DNA of 64,000 nucleotides, taken from positions 1,358 through 65,357 of the forward strand of contig JAQTYN010000003.1 of assembly GCA_028688275.1 (NCBI GenBank), read 5' to 3'. This document shows positions 19,521-29,514 of this stretch, in pieces. This DNA comes from Gallionella sp. Lineage in GTDB: Bacteria > Pseudomonadota > Gammaproteobacteria > Burkholderiales > Gallionellaceae. The notes beneath the pieces are model-generated. The model was not told the origin of the DNA. It did no database searches and saw only the letters and a list, made by a program, of their open reading frames with translations. Positions within the stretch are counted from its first letter, which is position 1. Each line of letters opens with the position of its first letter. A program made the position numbers and the translations under genes.

Positions 19521-21452
19521 CAAGGCGAGTGTGGGATTGTCGTCATAGTCATCGACCTGAAAAACAGTGATGGGCTGTTCTTTACCTTTGAGTTGAATGG
19601 AGCCAACCAAGTGGGTGCGATAACGGTTATTGAGACAGTGTAAAGTTCGTTCTCCAATCAAAATACGGCAGGCTTCGTGGTCTTCTACCCCTTTGTAGCT
19701 TTCTAAGCGTGAAGCGACATTCACCGTGTCGCCGATGACGGTATACTCCACCCGTTGTGCACTGCCCAAGGTGCCCGCTGCGAGTTGACCAGTGAAAATG
19801 CCAATACGCATTCCGAGTGGCGGCGCATCAGGGTGTTCTGCGTTCATTTTTTCAATGGCGGCGCGCATGGCCAAGGCACAATCCACGGCGGAAGTGGCAT
19901 CACGGGCGATTTCGGCTTCTGTGGTGCGGGGAATGGGGACACCAAACAATGCCATGACGGCATCGCCTATGTATTTGTTAATCATACCGTGATGTACCAG
20001 TACGATTTGTGACATGACCTCCATATAGCTATTGAGCCAGTCAAATAAAGCAGGGGGATCTAACTTTTCGGAGATGGTGGTAAACCCTCGGATATCAGTG
20101 AACATCACTGTCGCGGTGATTTGCTGTGGACGTGGGCGGTGACCATCCAAAAATTGATCCCGTTCACGCCACATGGCTTCAGCCACATCATTGGAAACAT
20201 GACTTGAAAAAATTTGCATCAACTGCTTGCGTTGATTTCTCTCTTGCCCAGACAAATACGCAACAGTGGTGCTGGCTGAAATAACCCAACCGAATAACGC
20301 TGGGAGTATGGGTATCCACCAGTTGTAGCCTATACTGACGAAAGCGAGCGTGCCCAAGCCGACAATACCCAGCACAACAGTAGCACCAAATAGCCAAAGT
20401 GATCGCATTCTAAAGCCGATGAGTGCACTCAGTGTACATGCCAACCAAAGTAGCAAGCCTTCATCACGTTCTGACAAGCTATGAATATGACGCTCCCCCT
20501 TAAGTGCCATTTCGATCAATTGATTGACGATTTGAGCATGAAGTTCAAACCCCGCAATACGTTGATGTATACCTGTTCCGCCACTATATGGCGTATAGAA
20601 ATGATCATTCAGGCTTTTGGCTGTAGTACCGATAATGACAATTTTGCCTTTTATAGCATCAGCAGGCACTTTGCCATCCAATACATCCGAAAAAGTATAA
20701 ATTGGCAATCGAGACGGCATCGTGCGATAGTCGATTAAAAACTGGTAGCCAGCTGCATCTTCATCCACATATCCTCCCTCATTGGACTCAAAAGGGGGTA
20801 ATGTTGTGTTGCCGATTTTGACGAAATCAGGATTTTTGTCATCACCCTGTAGATTGATGCCGTATTGTTCCAAATAACGCAACGCGATGACCAATGCAAA
20901 TGCATAACTGGTTTCTTTGCCGTCATCCATAAACAATGCCCCGCGTCGTATTACGCCGCCCGCATCATCAGTGAGATCATTGAAGCCTACTTGATCCGTC
21001 CCTTTCAATTCAGGAGGCGGGGGAACCCGCAGACTACTGGATTTACCAAATTTACTAATCCAAATGATATTGCGATGTTTTCGTAGTACTTCGGAGAGTT
21101 GTTCTTGGCCAGGTGCCACAGAAATGTCACGATACTTGTCAACGCCAATGACCTGAGCACCACCGTCTTCCAAGCGTTGTAGGATCGTGGAGAGAGTGCC
21201 ATCTGGCACGGGAAATCCCCAGCGGCGCAAGTCATCTTCCGTTTGGTCTACGAGTATGATGCGTGAATCCGCTGACAGGATTGTACGGGAGCGTAAAGTC
21301 CAGTCGTATACCATCAAATCCAGCGACTCCAATGTGCCAACTTGCTTCAATCCCAAAATCACTAGAAAAATAATCTGCCCTAAAAGGATCGTTATCAATA
21401 GAGGTTGATTAAGTTTATGCAACAAAGTACGAAGGGAAACCATGGTATACAT
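19518..21452 (-). CDS. CHASE2-domain class III adenylate/guanylate cyclase
   Basis: CHASE2 (DDAGGVIRR, GKIVIIG..LNDHFYTP), 3 TM, MFTDIRGFT, NKYIGDAVMA and YTVIGDTVNVASRLE. Confidence 0.95.
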   Translation of the reverse strand: MYTMVSLRTLLHKLNQPLLITILLGQIIFLVILGLKQVGTLESLDLMVYDWTLRSRTILSADSRIILVDQTEDDLRRWGFPVPDGTLSTILQRLEDGGAQVIGVDKYRDISVAPGQEQLSEVLRKHRNIIWISKFGKSSSLRVPPPPELKGTDQVGFNDLTDDAGGVIRRGALFMDDGKETSYAFALVIALRYLEQYGINLQGDDKNPDFVKIGNTTLPPFESNEGGYVDEDAAGYQFLIDYRTMPSRLPIYTFSDVLDGKVPADAIKGKIVIIGTTAKSLNDHFYTPYSGGTGIHQRIAGFELHAQIVNQLIEMALKGERHIHSLSERDEGLLLWLACTLSALIGFRMRSLWLFGATVVLGIVGLGTLAFVSIGYNWWIPILPALFGWVISASTTVAYLSGQERNQRKQLMQIFSSHVSNDVAEAMWRERDQFLDGHRPRPQQITATVMFTDIRGFTTISEKLDPPALFDWLNSYMEVMSQIVLVHHGMINKYIGDAVMALFGVPIPRTTEAEIARDATSAVDCALAMRAAIEKMNAEHPDAPPLGMRIGIFTGQLAAGTLGSAQRVEYTVIGDTVNVASRLESYKGVEDHEACRILIGERTLHCLNNRYRTHLVGSIQLKGKEQPITVFQVDDYDDNPTLAL

Positions 21453-21805
21453 CCTGACTAATAATTGATGTCGGTGATTAGTAATATGGGCATGCTTAAT
21501 CGTATTACAAAATCATAAGCGGCATATTGCCACTACCATTGCATTTTGCCTGTTAGCATGAATATTAACCGAGATTTTCCATTAGGAAAAATCATGACAA
21601 ATAACATTGGGATTGCTTACGTTGACAGTACAAAATTCAAGATCGATTTTTGACTTTCAGTCTAGAAATCAACATATCTAGCAAAGAGCTTGAATAGCAA
21701 GGTTTGGAGGGGTTGCGTGTGTTGGTTACTGTTGCCAAAAAGTGCTTTATTTGCATACGAAATCATACGTTATTGCTTGATTCGGTTTTGGCTTTGAGAA
21801 TGCGT

Positions 21806-21846
21806 AAAAAAATGACTTACAACTAAAAGCTGTAAGTCATTTATTT
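21806..21846 (-). terminator. Intrinsic terminator downstream of tRNA-Pro
   Basis: 12-bp stem AAATGACTTACA/TGTAAGTCATTT with a U-tract on the minus strand. Confidence 0.85.
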
Positions 21847-21847
21847 G

Positions 21848-21926
<79 letters not shown>

Positions 21927-22336
21927 AAAAGGAGCGGCATTATAGCAGAGCAAAAAATTTATGCAGCGGGTTTTTTAGATTAACGAAAATAGTTCATAAC
22001 TGACCTCAATTGTCTGTTTATAAAATATATATTGATATTTCGGATTGGAATAATGGGTATATTTAGTTCGAGCAAACAAAATTTTAGTAGAAATTTAGAT
22101 AAAAAATCGCTGTACACACACTTAAACATGTATATTTTTAAGCGGCATTGCTATGATGTGGCTGGTGTTTAGACGGCTGCAATCTTAGGAATACTGACAA
22201 ATCCTTCGTGTTCTATGAATGTGTGTAGATTCGAAAGAGGCACCTCATCAGATTGGGAGCGTGTTGAATATCGATTTAATGGTTTGCGGATATTGCCCGT
22301 ACTTTAATAATTGTTTGTTTAATAAGGATATAAATA

Positions 22337-23038
22337 ATGCGTTACATTATCTTAGGACTGCTGTTTATTTGTCAGAGCGTTTTTGCTTTGGATACTTCTG
22401 AATCTGCACAAACACGTTATGGGCAACTGGAAGTTAAAGTAAACGATAAAGGTCAACGAGAACTACGACTTGATACGCGGGTGTTGTATGTTGAAGCGGG
22501 CTATTTTGGTATGTATAAAATTATTCCCTTGGGTGAAGCGGATGTGATTCTGGTTAAGAAAACCCCTAGCACTACTGCCCCCGCTGAGTTTTTCTTCATT
22601 ACTTTGTTGGATGGCACGGTACCAATGACTTCAGAGTCATTTGTTGCGGGTGAAAAAGCACTCCGCCCCGTGGTTGATGAAAACAAAATTGTGGTTAATT
22701 TGGGATTGCGTCATGGAAATTTAGAGATCGCTACTTATCAAGCAGGTAAGGTGTCGGTAGAGAAGACCGCAGTTGTGGGCAAAAAGGCAAAAGAGGAGTA
22801 TTGCGATTATCTGTATCAACAGATTTATCGGCCTTATTCACAAGGAAAACAGTGCGTTGGTGCGCCTGAAGAAACCGTGTTGGCAGAAGGTGAGTCGCCA
22901 GCAGAAGTTTATCGTCGCTTGATGGATAACGATCCACGCTTGGATGAAGTACAATTCCAGAAGTTGGCAAAGTCTTCTTGCTTGCGGGGTAAAGCGGTTC
23001 AATATTCCGCATTCCAAAAGCAAGTTTGTGGTTGGTAA
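22337..23038 (+). CDS. Hypothetical exported protein with a Cys-containing C-terminal domain
   Basis: 233-aa ORF, signal peptide ending VFA, four C-terminal cysteines. Confidence 0.75.
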   Translation: MRYIILGLLFICQSVFALDTSESAQTRYGQLEVKVNDKGQRELRLDTRVLYVEAGYFGMYKIIPLGEADVILVKKTPSTTAPAEFFFITLLDGTVPMTSESFVAGEKALRPVVDENKIVVNLGLRHGNLEIATYQAGKVSVEKTAVVGKKAKEEYCDYLYQQIYRPYSQGKQCVGAPEETVLAEGESPAEVYRRLMDNDPRLDEVQFQKLAKSSCLRGKAVQYSAFQKQVCGW

Positions 23039-23071
23039 GTCTCGCTTAGTTTCTCAATGGGAGGTGTTGCG

Positions 23072-23506
23072 ATGAAAAAATTATGGATAGGTATATTGGT
23101 GACACCCTTGCTCGCGTCACATGCTGTATGGGCGGCAGATTCAGCTAAGGCCGTTGGTGATTCTGTACAAGCTGGGAAAAAAGCCGCAGAGAGCGGTGGT
23201 CGTCCCGTGCAGGTACTTAAAAAGGCCAATAGCGTGAGAGGATCAGCCCAATCCGTAAGCAATGCGATGGGGAGTACGGGGCATGTTATTTCAGGTACAT
23301 CGGCGATTCCTTTGTCGGTGGGTGCGGTGGTACTCAGTGCGGGCGCAACGATGAGTGCGGGTGCTGCTCAGGGTTCAGCTCAGGCAGCGGCAGCTCCTAT
23401 TGGCACACCCCTAGCCATTACCAGTGAAACGATTACCGTGATGCCACCTAATCAGGCTTTGCAGAAAAAGCCTGATACGCAACTGGAAGGTAAGCCAGAC
23501 AAATAG
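23072..23506 (+). CDS. Hypothetical exported Ala/Ser/Gly-rich protein (DUF2145-associated)
   Basis: GGAGG RBS before the ATG at 23072, signal peptide, C-terminal PLAITSETIT..PPNQAL. Confidence 0.75.
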   Translation: MKKLWIGILVTPLLASHAVWAADSAKAVGDSVQAGKKAAESGGRPVQVLKKANSVRGSAQSVSNAMGSTGHVISGTSAIPLSVGAVVLSAGATMSAGAAQGSAQAAAAPIGTPLAITSETITVMPPNQALQKKPDTQLEGKPDK

Positions 23507-23617
23507 GAAAAGGGGTAAGGGTGCAACGAAGTGACGTTTCTACGTTTCACCACGCTCACCACCTTTCACGGTGAGAGCTGGTTTTACCCTTCTCCCTTTC
23601 CTATTCACCCTTCACCC
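23507..23617. repeat. Purine/pyrimidine heptamer-repeat segment (TTTCACC-like)
   Basis: Runs of TTTCACC/TTCACCC units with an AAGGG-rich left arm. Similar segments lie at 19389-19480 and 52735-52790. Confidence 0.5.
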
Positions 23618-23653
23618 TAAAGTTTGAGTTATTTTGACAAGGAGAGCTGCATC

Positions 23654-24484
23654 ATGCGATTTTTTTTAAAAGGTATGCTGGCGATTGTGTGGGCGATGGC
23701 TATTTCCTTGCCTGTGCAAGCCGATAGTAGTCAAGCAGGCGGAGAGACACATTTTAGCGGGGAACAGATTGCCGCTTTTGCTAAGAAAGTAGAACGTACT
23801 TTGGCAAGTAAAGGGGCGTATGTGGCGATCTTGTCGCGCATGGGGAGACCCGCTTCCGAATTGCCTGAAGGCATGCATTACACGCATGTCGCTTTCGCCG
23901 TGTATTCGCAAATTACCACGGCAGATGGGCGCAATGTGCCTGGCTATGCAATTTACAATCTATACCAAAATGATGAAGCACCCGATACCAGCTCTTTGGT
24001 GAAAGATTTCCCTGTTGACTTTTTTAACGGTGTGGCAGTGTTGGAAGCGGGGGTATTGATTCCGTCCATCGAATTGCAAAAGCGTTTGTTAGACGTGATT
24101 CGCTCCCCAACTTATCAGGCTTTGCACGATCCTAATTATTCGTTGATCGCTAACCCTTACAACTTGGGCAAGCAAAATTGCACAGAACATACGCTGGATG
24201 TGATTAACGCCGCGATTTATGAAACCAGCGACATTCGCGTGATTAAGGCAAATGAAAATGCTTTTTTCAAAGCGCAGCGCGTTAATGTCAGTCCGCTTAA
24301 ACTCTTCTTTGGTTCGGTCTTTAGCGCGCAAATTTCCACCGCCGATCAAACTGGCACGCCTGTGACTGCGACATTTGAAACAATTACCCAGTATTTACAG
24401 CAATACGATCAGGGTTCTGAAGTGATGACGCTGTTGCCCGATGCACCCGTCGAGCAAGTCGAAACCCCCGCTGTACAGCCGTAA
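23654..24484 (+). CDS. DUF2145 domain-containing exported protein
   Basis: GAYVAILSRMGR, YTHVAFAVY, YNLYQ, YSLIANPY...QNCTE. Confidence 0.8.
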   Translation: MRFFLKGMLAIVWAMAISLPVQADSSQAGGETHFSGEQIAAFAKKVERTLASKGAYVAILSRMGRPASELPEGMHYTHVAFAVYSQITTADGRNVPGYAIYNLYQNDEAPDTSSLVKDFPVDFFNGVAVLEAGVLIPSIELQKRLLDVIRSPTYQALHDPNYSLIANPYNLGKQNCTEHTLDVINAAIYETSDIRVIKANENAFFKAQRVNVSPLKLFFGSVFSAQISTADQTGTPVTATFETITQYLQQYDQGSEVMTLLPDAPVEQVETPAVQP

Positions 24485-24589
24485 CCTGTTCCCTCGCCCG
24501 CTTGCGGGCGTAGTATTGTTTTTTCGTGTTTCACCTCGTTTTGCCAAGTGATCGTTCTCGTAGTTCAGATGTATTTTTGATTGGAGAAA

Positions 24590-26629
24590 ATGATGTCAAC
24601 AGGTTTAGTGATTGCGTTGCTGTGTGCCCTGACAGGGATTTTATATGGGGTGTTTGCCATACGCTGGATTTTGGCGCAGCCCACAGGTAACGAGAAAATG
24701 CAGGCGATTGCCGCTGCCATTCAAGAGGGCGCATCGGCGTATCTCAATCGCCAGTACGCGGCCATTGCCATGGTTGGGGCGGTATTGTTGGTTGCCATTT
24801 TTTTTACTTTGGATGGTAAAACTGCGGTGGGGTTTTTGCTGGGTGCGCTGCTCTCAGGCATGGCGGGCTTTATTGGCATGAACGTGTCCGTGCGTGCCAA
24901 CATTCGTACCGCAGAGGCCGCACGGGTTAGCTTAAATACCGCACTCAATGTGTCCTTCAAGGGCGGCGCGGTCACAGGGATGTTTGTGGTTGGGCTGGGT
25001 TTGTTGGGCGTGGCAGGTTATTACGCGGTGCTGGTCGGCATGGGGTCATCCCAAGCTGAGGCGACGCGCGCGCTAATTGGGCTGGCGTTTGGCGGTTCGT
25101 TGATTTCAATCTTTGCCCGCTTGGGCGGCGGCATTTTCACCAAAGGCGCGGATGTCGGGGCGGATTTGGTGGGCAAAGTCGAAGCGGGTATTCCTGAAGA
25201 CGATCCACGAAACCCAGCGGTGATTGCTGATAACGTGGGCGACAATGTCGGCGATTGTGCAGGCATGGCGGCGGATTTGTTTGAAACCTATGCGGTCACT
25301 TTGATTGCCACTATGTTGCTGGGTGGGCTGCTGTTATCGCATGTCGGTGAAAATGCGGTGATGTATCCGCTGGTCTTGGGCGGTTTTTCCATTATCGCGT
25401 CCATTATCGGCACTTGGTTTGTCAAAGCGCGACCCAATGGCAAAATTATGAATGCCTTGTATCGCGGGCTGGCAGTGGCAGGGGGCTTGGCATTGGTGGC
25501 GTTTTATCCCATCACGCGTTGGATGTTCGGTGACGGGGTGGTGATGACCGACGGCACAACCGTCAGCAGCTTGGCGTTGTACGGCACGACCGTCATTGGG
25601 CTGGTACTGACTGCCGCCTTGGTGTGGATTACCGAGTATTACACCGCGACAGAATATGCCCCTGTACGGCATATTGCCGAAGCCTCGACCACGGGACACG
25701 GCACCAACATTATCGCTGGGCTGGGCGTGTCGATGAAATCCACCGCAGCCCCTGTGTTAGCTGTCTGTGCCGCCATTTGGGGTGCACAGGAACTGGCTGG
25801 CTTATATGGTATAGCCATTGCCGCCACGTCCATGTTGTCGATGGCGGGGATTGTTGTGGCGTTGGATGCGTATGGCCCGATCACCGATAACGCGGGCGGT
25901 ATCGCCGAAATGGCACATTTGCCTGACGAGGTGCGGGTAATTACCGATGCGTTGGATGCGGTGGGTAATACCACCAAAGCCGTTACCAAAGGGTATGCCA
26001 TCGGTTCGGCAGGGCTGGCAGCCTTGGTGTTGTTTGCCGACTATACCCACGCGCTTTCCGCCAGTGGCAAGGTGCTGAACTTCGACTTATCCAATCATCT
26101 GGTCATTATTGGCTTGTTTATCGGCGGTATGGTGCCGTATTTATTTGCCGCGATGGGTATGGAAGCAGTGGGACGCGCAGCGGGGGCGGTGGTGGTGGAA
26201 GTGCGCCGTCAGTTCCGCGACATCCCTGGCATCATGGCAGGTACGGCAAAACCAGAGTATGGTACTTGCGTCAGCATGTTGACTAAAGCGGCGATCAAAG
26301 AAATGATAGTCCCATCTTTGTTGCCAGTTGCCGTACCTGTGGTGGTGGGATTGACTTTGGGTGCGCAAGCCCTGGGCGGCGTGTTGGTGGGGACGATTGT
26401 CACAGGGATTTTCGTGGCAATTTCCATGACCACAGGCGGTGGCGCATGGGATAACGCCAAGAAATACATCGAAGAAGGTCACTTCGGCGGCAAAGGTTCC
26501 GAAACGCACAAAGCTGCCGTTACAGGCGATACTGTCGGAGATCCCTACAAAGATACCGCAGGTCCTGCCATTAACCCATTGATTAAAATCATTAACATTG
26601 TTGCCTTGTTGATTGTGCCGCTACTGTAG
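24590..26629 (+). CDS. hppA: Membrane-bound H+-translocating pyrophosphatase (K+-independent type)
   Basis: [37 protein letters not shown] and [16 protein letters not shown] carries the Lys that marks K+-independent enzymes. Confidence 0.96.
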   Translation: MMSTGLVIALLCALTGILYGVFAIRWILAQPTGNEKMQAIAAAIQEGASAYLNRQYAAIAMVGAVLLVAIFFTLDGKTAVGFLLGALLSGMAGFIGMNVSVRANIRTAEAARVSLNTALNVSFKGGAVTGMFVVGLGLLGVAGYYAVLVGMGSSQAEATRALIGLAFGGSLISIFARLGGGIFTKGADVGADLVGKVEAGIPEDDPRNPAVIADNVGDNVGDCAGMAADLFETYAVTLIATMLLGGLLLSHVGENAVMYPLVLGGFSIIASIIGTWFVKARPNGKIMNALYRGLAVAGGLALVAFYPITRWMFGDGVVMTDGTTVSSLALYGTTVIGLVLTAALVWITEYYTATEYAPVRHIAEASTTGHGTNIIAGLGVSMKSTAAPVLAVCAAIWGAQELAGLYGIAIAATSMLSMAGIVVALDAYGPITDNAGGIAEMAHLPDEVRVITDALDAVGNTTKAVTKGYAIGSAGLAALVLFADYTHALSASGKVLNFDLSNHLVIIGLFIGGMVPYLFAAMGMEAVGRAAGAVVVEVRRQFRDIPGIMAGTAKPEYGTCVSMLTKAAIKEMIVPSLLPVAVPVVVGLTLGAQALGGVLVGTIVTGIFVAISMTTGGGAWDNAKKYIEEGHFGGKGSETHKAAVTGDTVGDPYKDTAGPAINPLIKIINIVALLIVPLL

Positions 26630-26745
26630 ATTGGTTCTATCTTATCTACCCAAAGAACCTGACATCCTCTCGCCATCACGAGGTGGGAGGGTAGCGGGTT
26701 CACTTTCTTTCATCGCTCCCCGCGCGGGTAATCAGCCGCACCAAA

Positions 26746-27234
26746 CTATTTCAAAAATGCGTTAATCACCCCGCCAAAAGTGGAGATGACCAGCATTGCG
26801 AACAACGCGAAAAGTGAAAAGATAAACCAACTGATAAACGGCGTGATCGACCTATCATTGCCCTTTTCCAGCACGATGACCAATGTCGCCACGCACAACA
26901 TCGCCACTTCCGCGCTGCCGTAATATAGCCACCACTTGCCCAGCCAACCCAGCGATTGATACCACGTTGAAAATGACCAAGGTGTTGCCGAGCCTGAACC
27001 CAGAAAGTGCGCGAAAAAGGACAGTACCCAATCGCCCAGCCACCATAACAAAGACAGCAAACCCAATACCCACGACACCGTCATCACCGCCATGGCAAGC
27101 ATTTTCATTGCGCGCAGTATCGGATGGGGTTTTCCATCCACAAACTCCGTCAATATGCCCACCCCCACGATGCCAAATAGCCAGAAATACCAAAGTTCTT
27201 TAATCCAGCTAATGTAATGTATCCAATCCGACAT
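26746..27234 (-). CDS. Hypothetical Trp-rich membrane protein
   Basis: 162-aa ORF with about 4 hydrophobic segments and a GGAG RBS. Confidence 0.6.
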   Translation of the reverse strand: MSDWIHYISWIKELWYFWLFGIVGVGILTEFVDGKPHPILRAMKMLAMAVMTVSWVLGLLSLLWWLGDWVLSFFAHFLGSGSATPWSFSTWYQSLGWLGKWWLYYGSAEVAMLCVATLVIVLEKGNDRSITPFISWFIFSLFALFAMLVISTFGGVINAFLK

Positions 27235-27310
27235 TGAGGTTCAACTCCGTGTTAAGTTAAGCGTGCCATGAGATATGGCGGATGAGTCGGGTTAAGTCTG
27301 TGGTGGCTGG

Positions 27311-27388
27311 GTAGGGTGTCAATCAGCGTAGCGAAGCCCAACAAATTCACACGGTAAACGTTGGGCTTCGTGCCTCAGCCCAACCTAC
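27311..27388. repeat. GTAG-type REP doublet
   Basis: GTAGGG..GCGAAGCCCAACA..GTTGGGCTTCG..CCCAACCTAC, same family as 6285-6362. Confidence 0.8.
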
Positions 27389-27660
27389 GGGCTGATATGA
27401 GTATGAATTAGGGTATATGACAGAACCAAAGAAATAATGGTTACGACAATCATTGCAGTTTTCAAGCTACGACGCTTGTCCAAAATAATCAATACTCCCC
27501 AAAAAATACTCCAAATTCCAGCACCGAGAGCTTTCGCAAGATATATTGAGATGAGATACCAAAAAGGTACGTCAAGTGTCGGTGAAGTTATAACGACGCT
27601 AGGAATGGACAAAATTATCCCAAACAACACAATCCATCCAATTCTTTTAAGCATATACAT
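27385..27660 (-). CDS. Hypothetical small membrane protein
   Basis: 91-aa AT-rich ORF with three hydrophobic segments and an AGGA RBS. Confidence 0.6.
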   Translation of the reverse strand: MYMLKRIGWIVLFGIILSIPSVVITSPTLDVPFWYLISIYLAKALGAGIWSIFWGVLIILDKRRSLKTAMIVVTIISLVLSYTLIHTHISP

Positions 27661-27757
27661 GCAGGATTTCCTTGTTTTATGAGGTGGTCTTCAACGCTCT
27701 CCAGTCACAATTGAGTGAAGATTAACAAAATTTACGAGGTAAAACTGAGGTTGACTC

Positions 27758-28075
27758 CTACGTTGGTTTCGCAGTAGGTGAAAAATCAACGTAGGTATTG
27801 CCTTTATGTTGGGCAATGCTTAAGACTGAGTATGCGTGACACAATTCGCATCCGAAATAGATGTTTAAACCGTGTCGTCTCATACTCGGATTGCCAGTAA
27901 GATTTTGGTCGATAGTTGCACTACCCTTTTCCACGATAATGTGAACCCCTGTGTCTTGATCTTCGTCTCGTTCAAATACTTCAATGCGATAATGATGCTG
28001 GTATTGACCACCGCAGCTGGGACACAGAAGTTCCGCATAGTGACCATTTTCTGGAGGATTAAAGGCTGGTTGCAT
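27758..28075 (-). CDS. Hypothetical protein with two CxxC motifs (possible Zn-binding)
   Basis: CPSC..HH, GNPSMRRHG, CELC and QHKGNT motifs, with a GGAG RBS. Confidence 0.7.
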   Translation of the reverse strand: MQPAFNPPENGHYAELLCPSCGGQYQHHYRIEVFERDEDQDTGVHIIVEKGSATIDQNLTGNPSMRRHGLNIYFGCELCHAYSVLSIAQHKGNTYVDFSPTAKPT

Positions 28076-28170
28076 TGAGTTTACTCCTTAAGATTGATGA
28101 AGTTGTGCGGACTGAAGCATGGCGCAATACTTTTGTGCCGCATGTTTTGTTTTGCGCGATGCGCTCGCTT

Positions 28171-29337
28171 TTACATCCCCAATCCCCGCAAATCCGCCTG
28201 AATATCCTCCACCGCTTCCAACCCCACGGCAATGCGAATCAGCCCATCGCTAATCCCCGCCGCTGCTCGCGCTTCGGGGGTGATGCGGGCGTGGGTGGTG
28301 GTGGCGGGGTGGGTGATGGTGGTGCGGGTGTCGCCGAGGTTGGCGGTGATGGACAGCATCCGCGTGTTGTCGATGACGCGCCACGCGGCTGCTTTGCCGC
28401 CTTTGACTTCAAATGACACGATGCCGCCGCCTGTTTTTTGTTGGCGCATGGCGAGTGCGTGTTGCGGGTGCGAGGGCAAGCCAGGGTAGAACACGCGGGC
28501 GACGTTGGGTTGTTGTTCCAGCCACGTTGCGAGGGCTAAGGCGTTGGCACTGTGCGCGTCCATGCGCAGCTTCAGCGTTTCCAATCCTTTCAAAAACACC
28601 CACGCGTTGAACGCGCTCATGGTCGGGCCCGTGGTGCGCAAAAAGCCGTACACGCCTTCAAGCAATTTTTTGTTGCCCAACACCGCACCCCCCAGCACGC
28701 GACCTTGTCCGTCGATGTATTTGGTGGCGGAGTGAATCACGATGTCCGCGCCCAGTTCCAGCGGGCGTTGCAGGATGGGTGTGCAGAAGCAGTTATCGAC
28801 CGCCAACAATGCGCCGCAGGCTTTTGCCACGGCGGCAATGGCGCGGATGTCGGAGATTTCGGTCAGCGGATTAGACGGGGTTTCCAAGAAAAACAGCTTG
28901 GTGTTGGGGCGTACGGCGGCTTGCCATTGCGCCACATCGGTGGCGGAAACGTAAGTGGTTTCCACGCCGAATTTTTTGATGACGTTGTTAAACAGGTTGA
29001 CGCTCGAGCCGAACAAACTTTGCGATGCGACGATGTGGTCGCCCGCCTGCAACACGCCCATCACGCACGACAAAATTGCCGCCATCCCCGACGCGGTGGC
29101 AACGCAGAATTCCGCACCTTCCAAGGCAGCGAGGCGTTCTTCAAACATGGTGACCGTGGGATTGGTGAAGCGCGAATAAATGTTGCCCGCCTCTTCGCCA
29201 ATAAAACGCGCAGCGGCTTGCGCGGCGTTTTCAAACACAAAGCTAGAGGTCAAAAACATCGCTTCGGAATGTTCGCCAAATTGGCTACGCGCCGTGCCAG
29301 CACGGACGGCGAGGGTTTCGGGTTGAAAGTCGGTCAT
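28171..29337 (-). CDS. metZ: O-succinylhomoserine sulfhydrylase
   Basis: EHSEAMFLTSSF, YSRFTNPT, HSATKYIDGQGR (PLP lysine) and NLGDTRTTITHPATTTH. Confidence 0.95.
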   Translation of the reverse strand: MTDFQPETLAVRAGTARSQFGEHSEAMFLTSSFVFENAAQAAARFIGEEAGNIYSRFTNPTVTMFEERLAALEGAEFCVATASGMAAILSCVMGVLQAGDHIVASQSLFGSSVNLFNNVIKKFGVETTYVSATDVAQWQAAVRPNTKLFFLETPSNPLTEISDIRAIAAVAKACGALLAVDNCFCTPILQRPLELGADIVIHSATKYIDGQGRVLGGAVLGNKKLLEGVYGFLRTTGPTMSAFNAWVFLKGLETLKLRMDAHSANALALATWLEQQPNVARVFYPGLPSHPQHALAMRQQKTGGGIVSFEVKGGKAAAWRVIDNTRMLSITANLGDTRTTITHPATTTHARITPEARAAAGISDGLIRIAVGLEAVEDIQADLRGLGM

Positions 29338-29375
29338 GGTTTTTCCATTTCACTGAAGTAATGATAGGTAGGAAA

Positions 29376-29473
29376 CTCCCCTCGCCCACGAGTGGGAAAG
29401 GGGGGAGAGGGAAAAATTCAGTCAATCAAGCGACTTCCCTCTCCCTAGCCCTCTCCCGCAGGCGGCGAGGGAA
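29376..29473. repeat. CCCTCTCCC/GGGAGAGGG palindromic repeat, copy B
   Basis: Closely similar to 4987-5088. Confidence 0.85.
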
Positions 29474-29514
29474 TCTACGCACGAGTGAGTTATGCGTGAT
29501 GGGCAAAAAGGAGC

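Noticed and set aside
26630-28170. Integron cassette array
   Set aside because: No convincing RYYYAAC..GTTRRRY attC structures and no integrase are present. The spacers contain REP elements instead.
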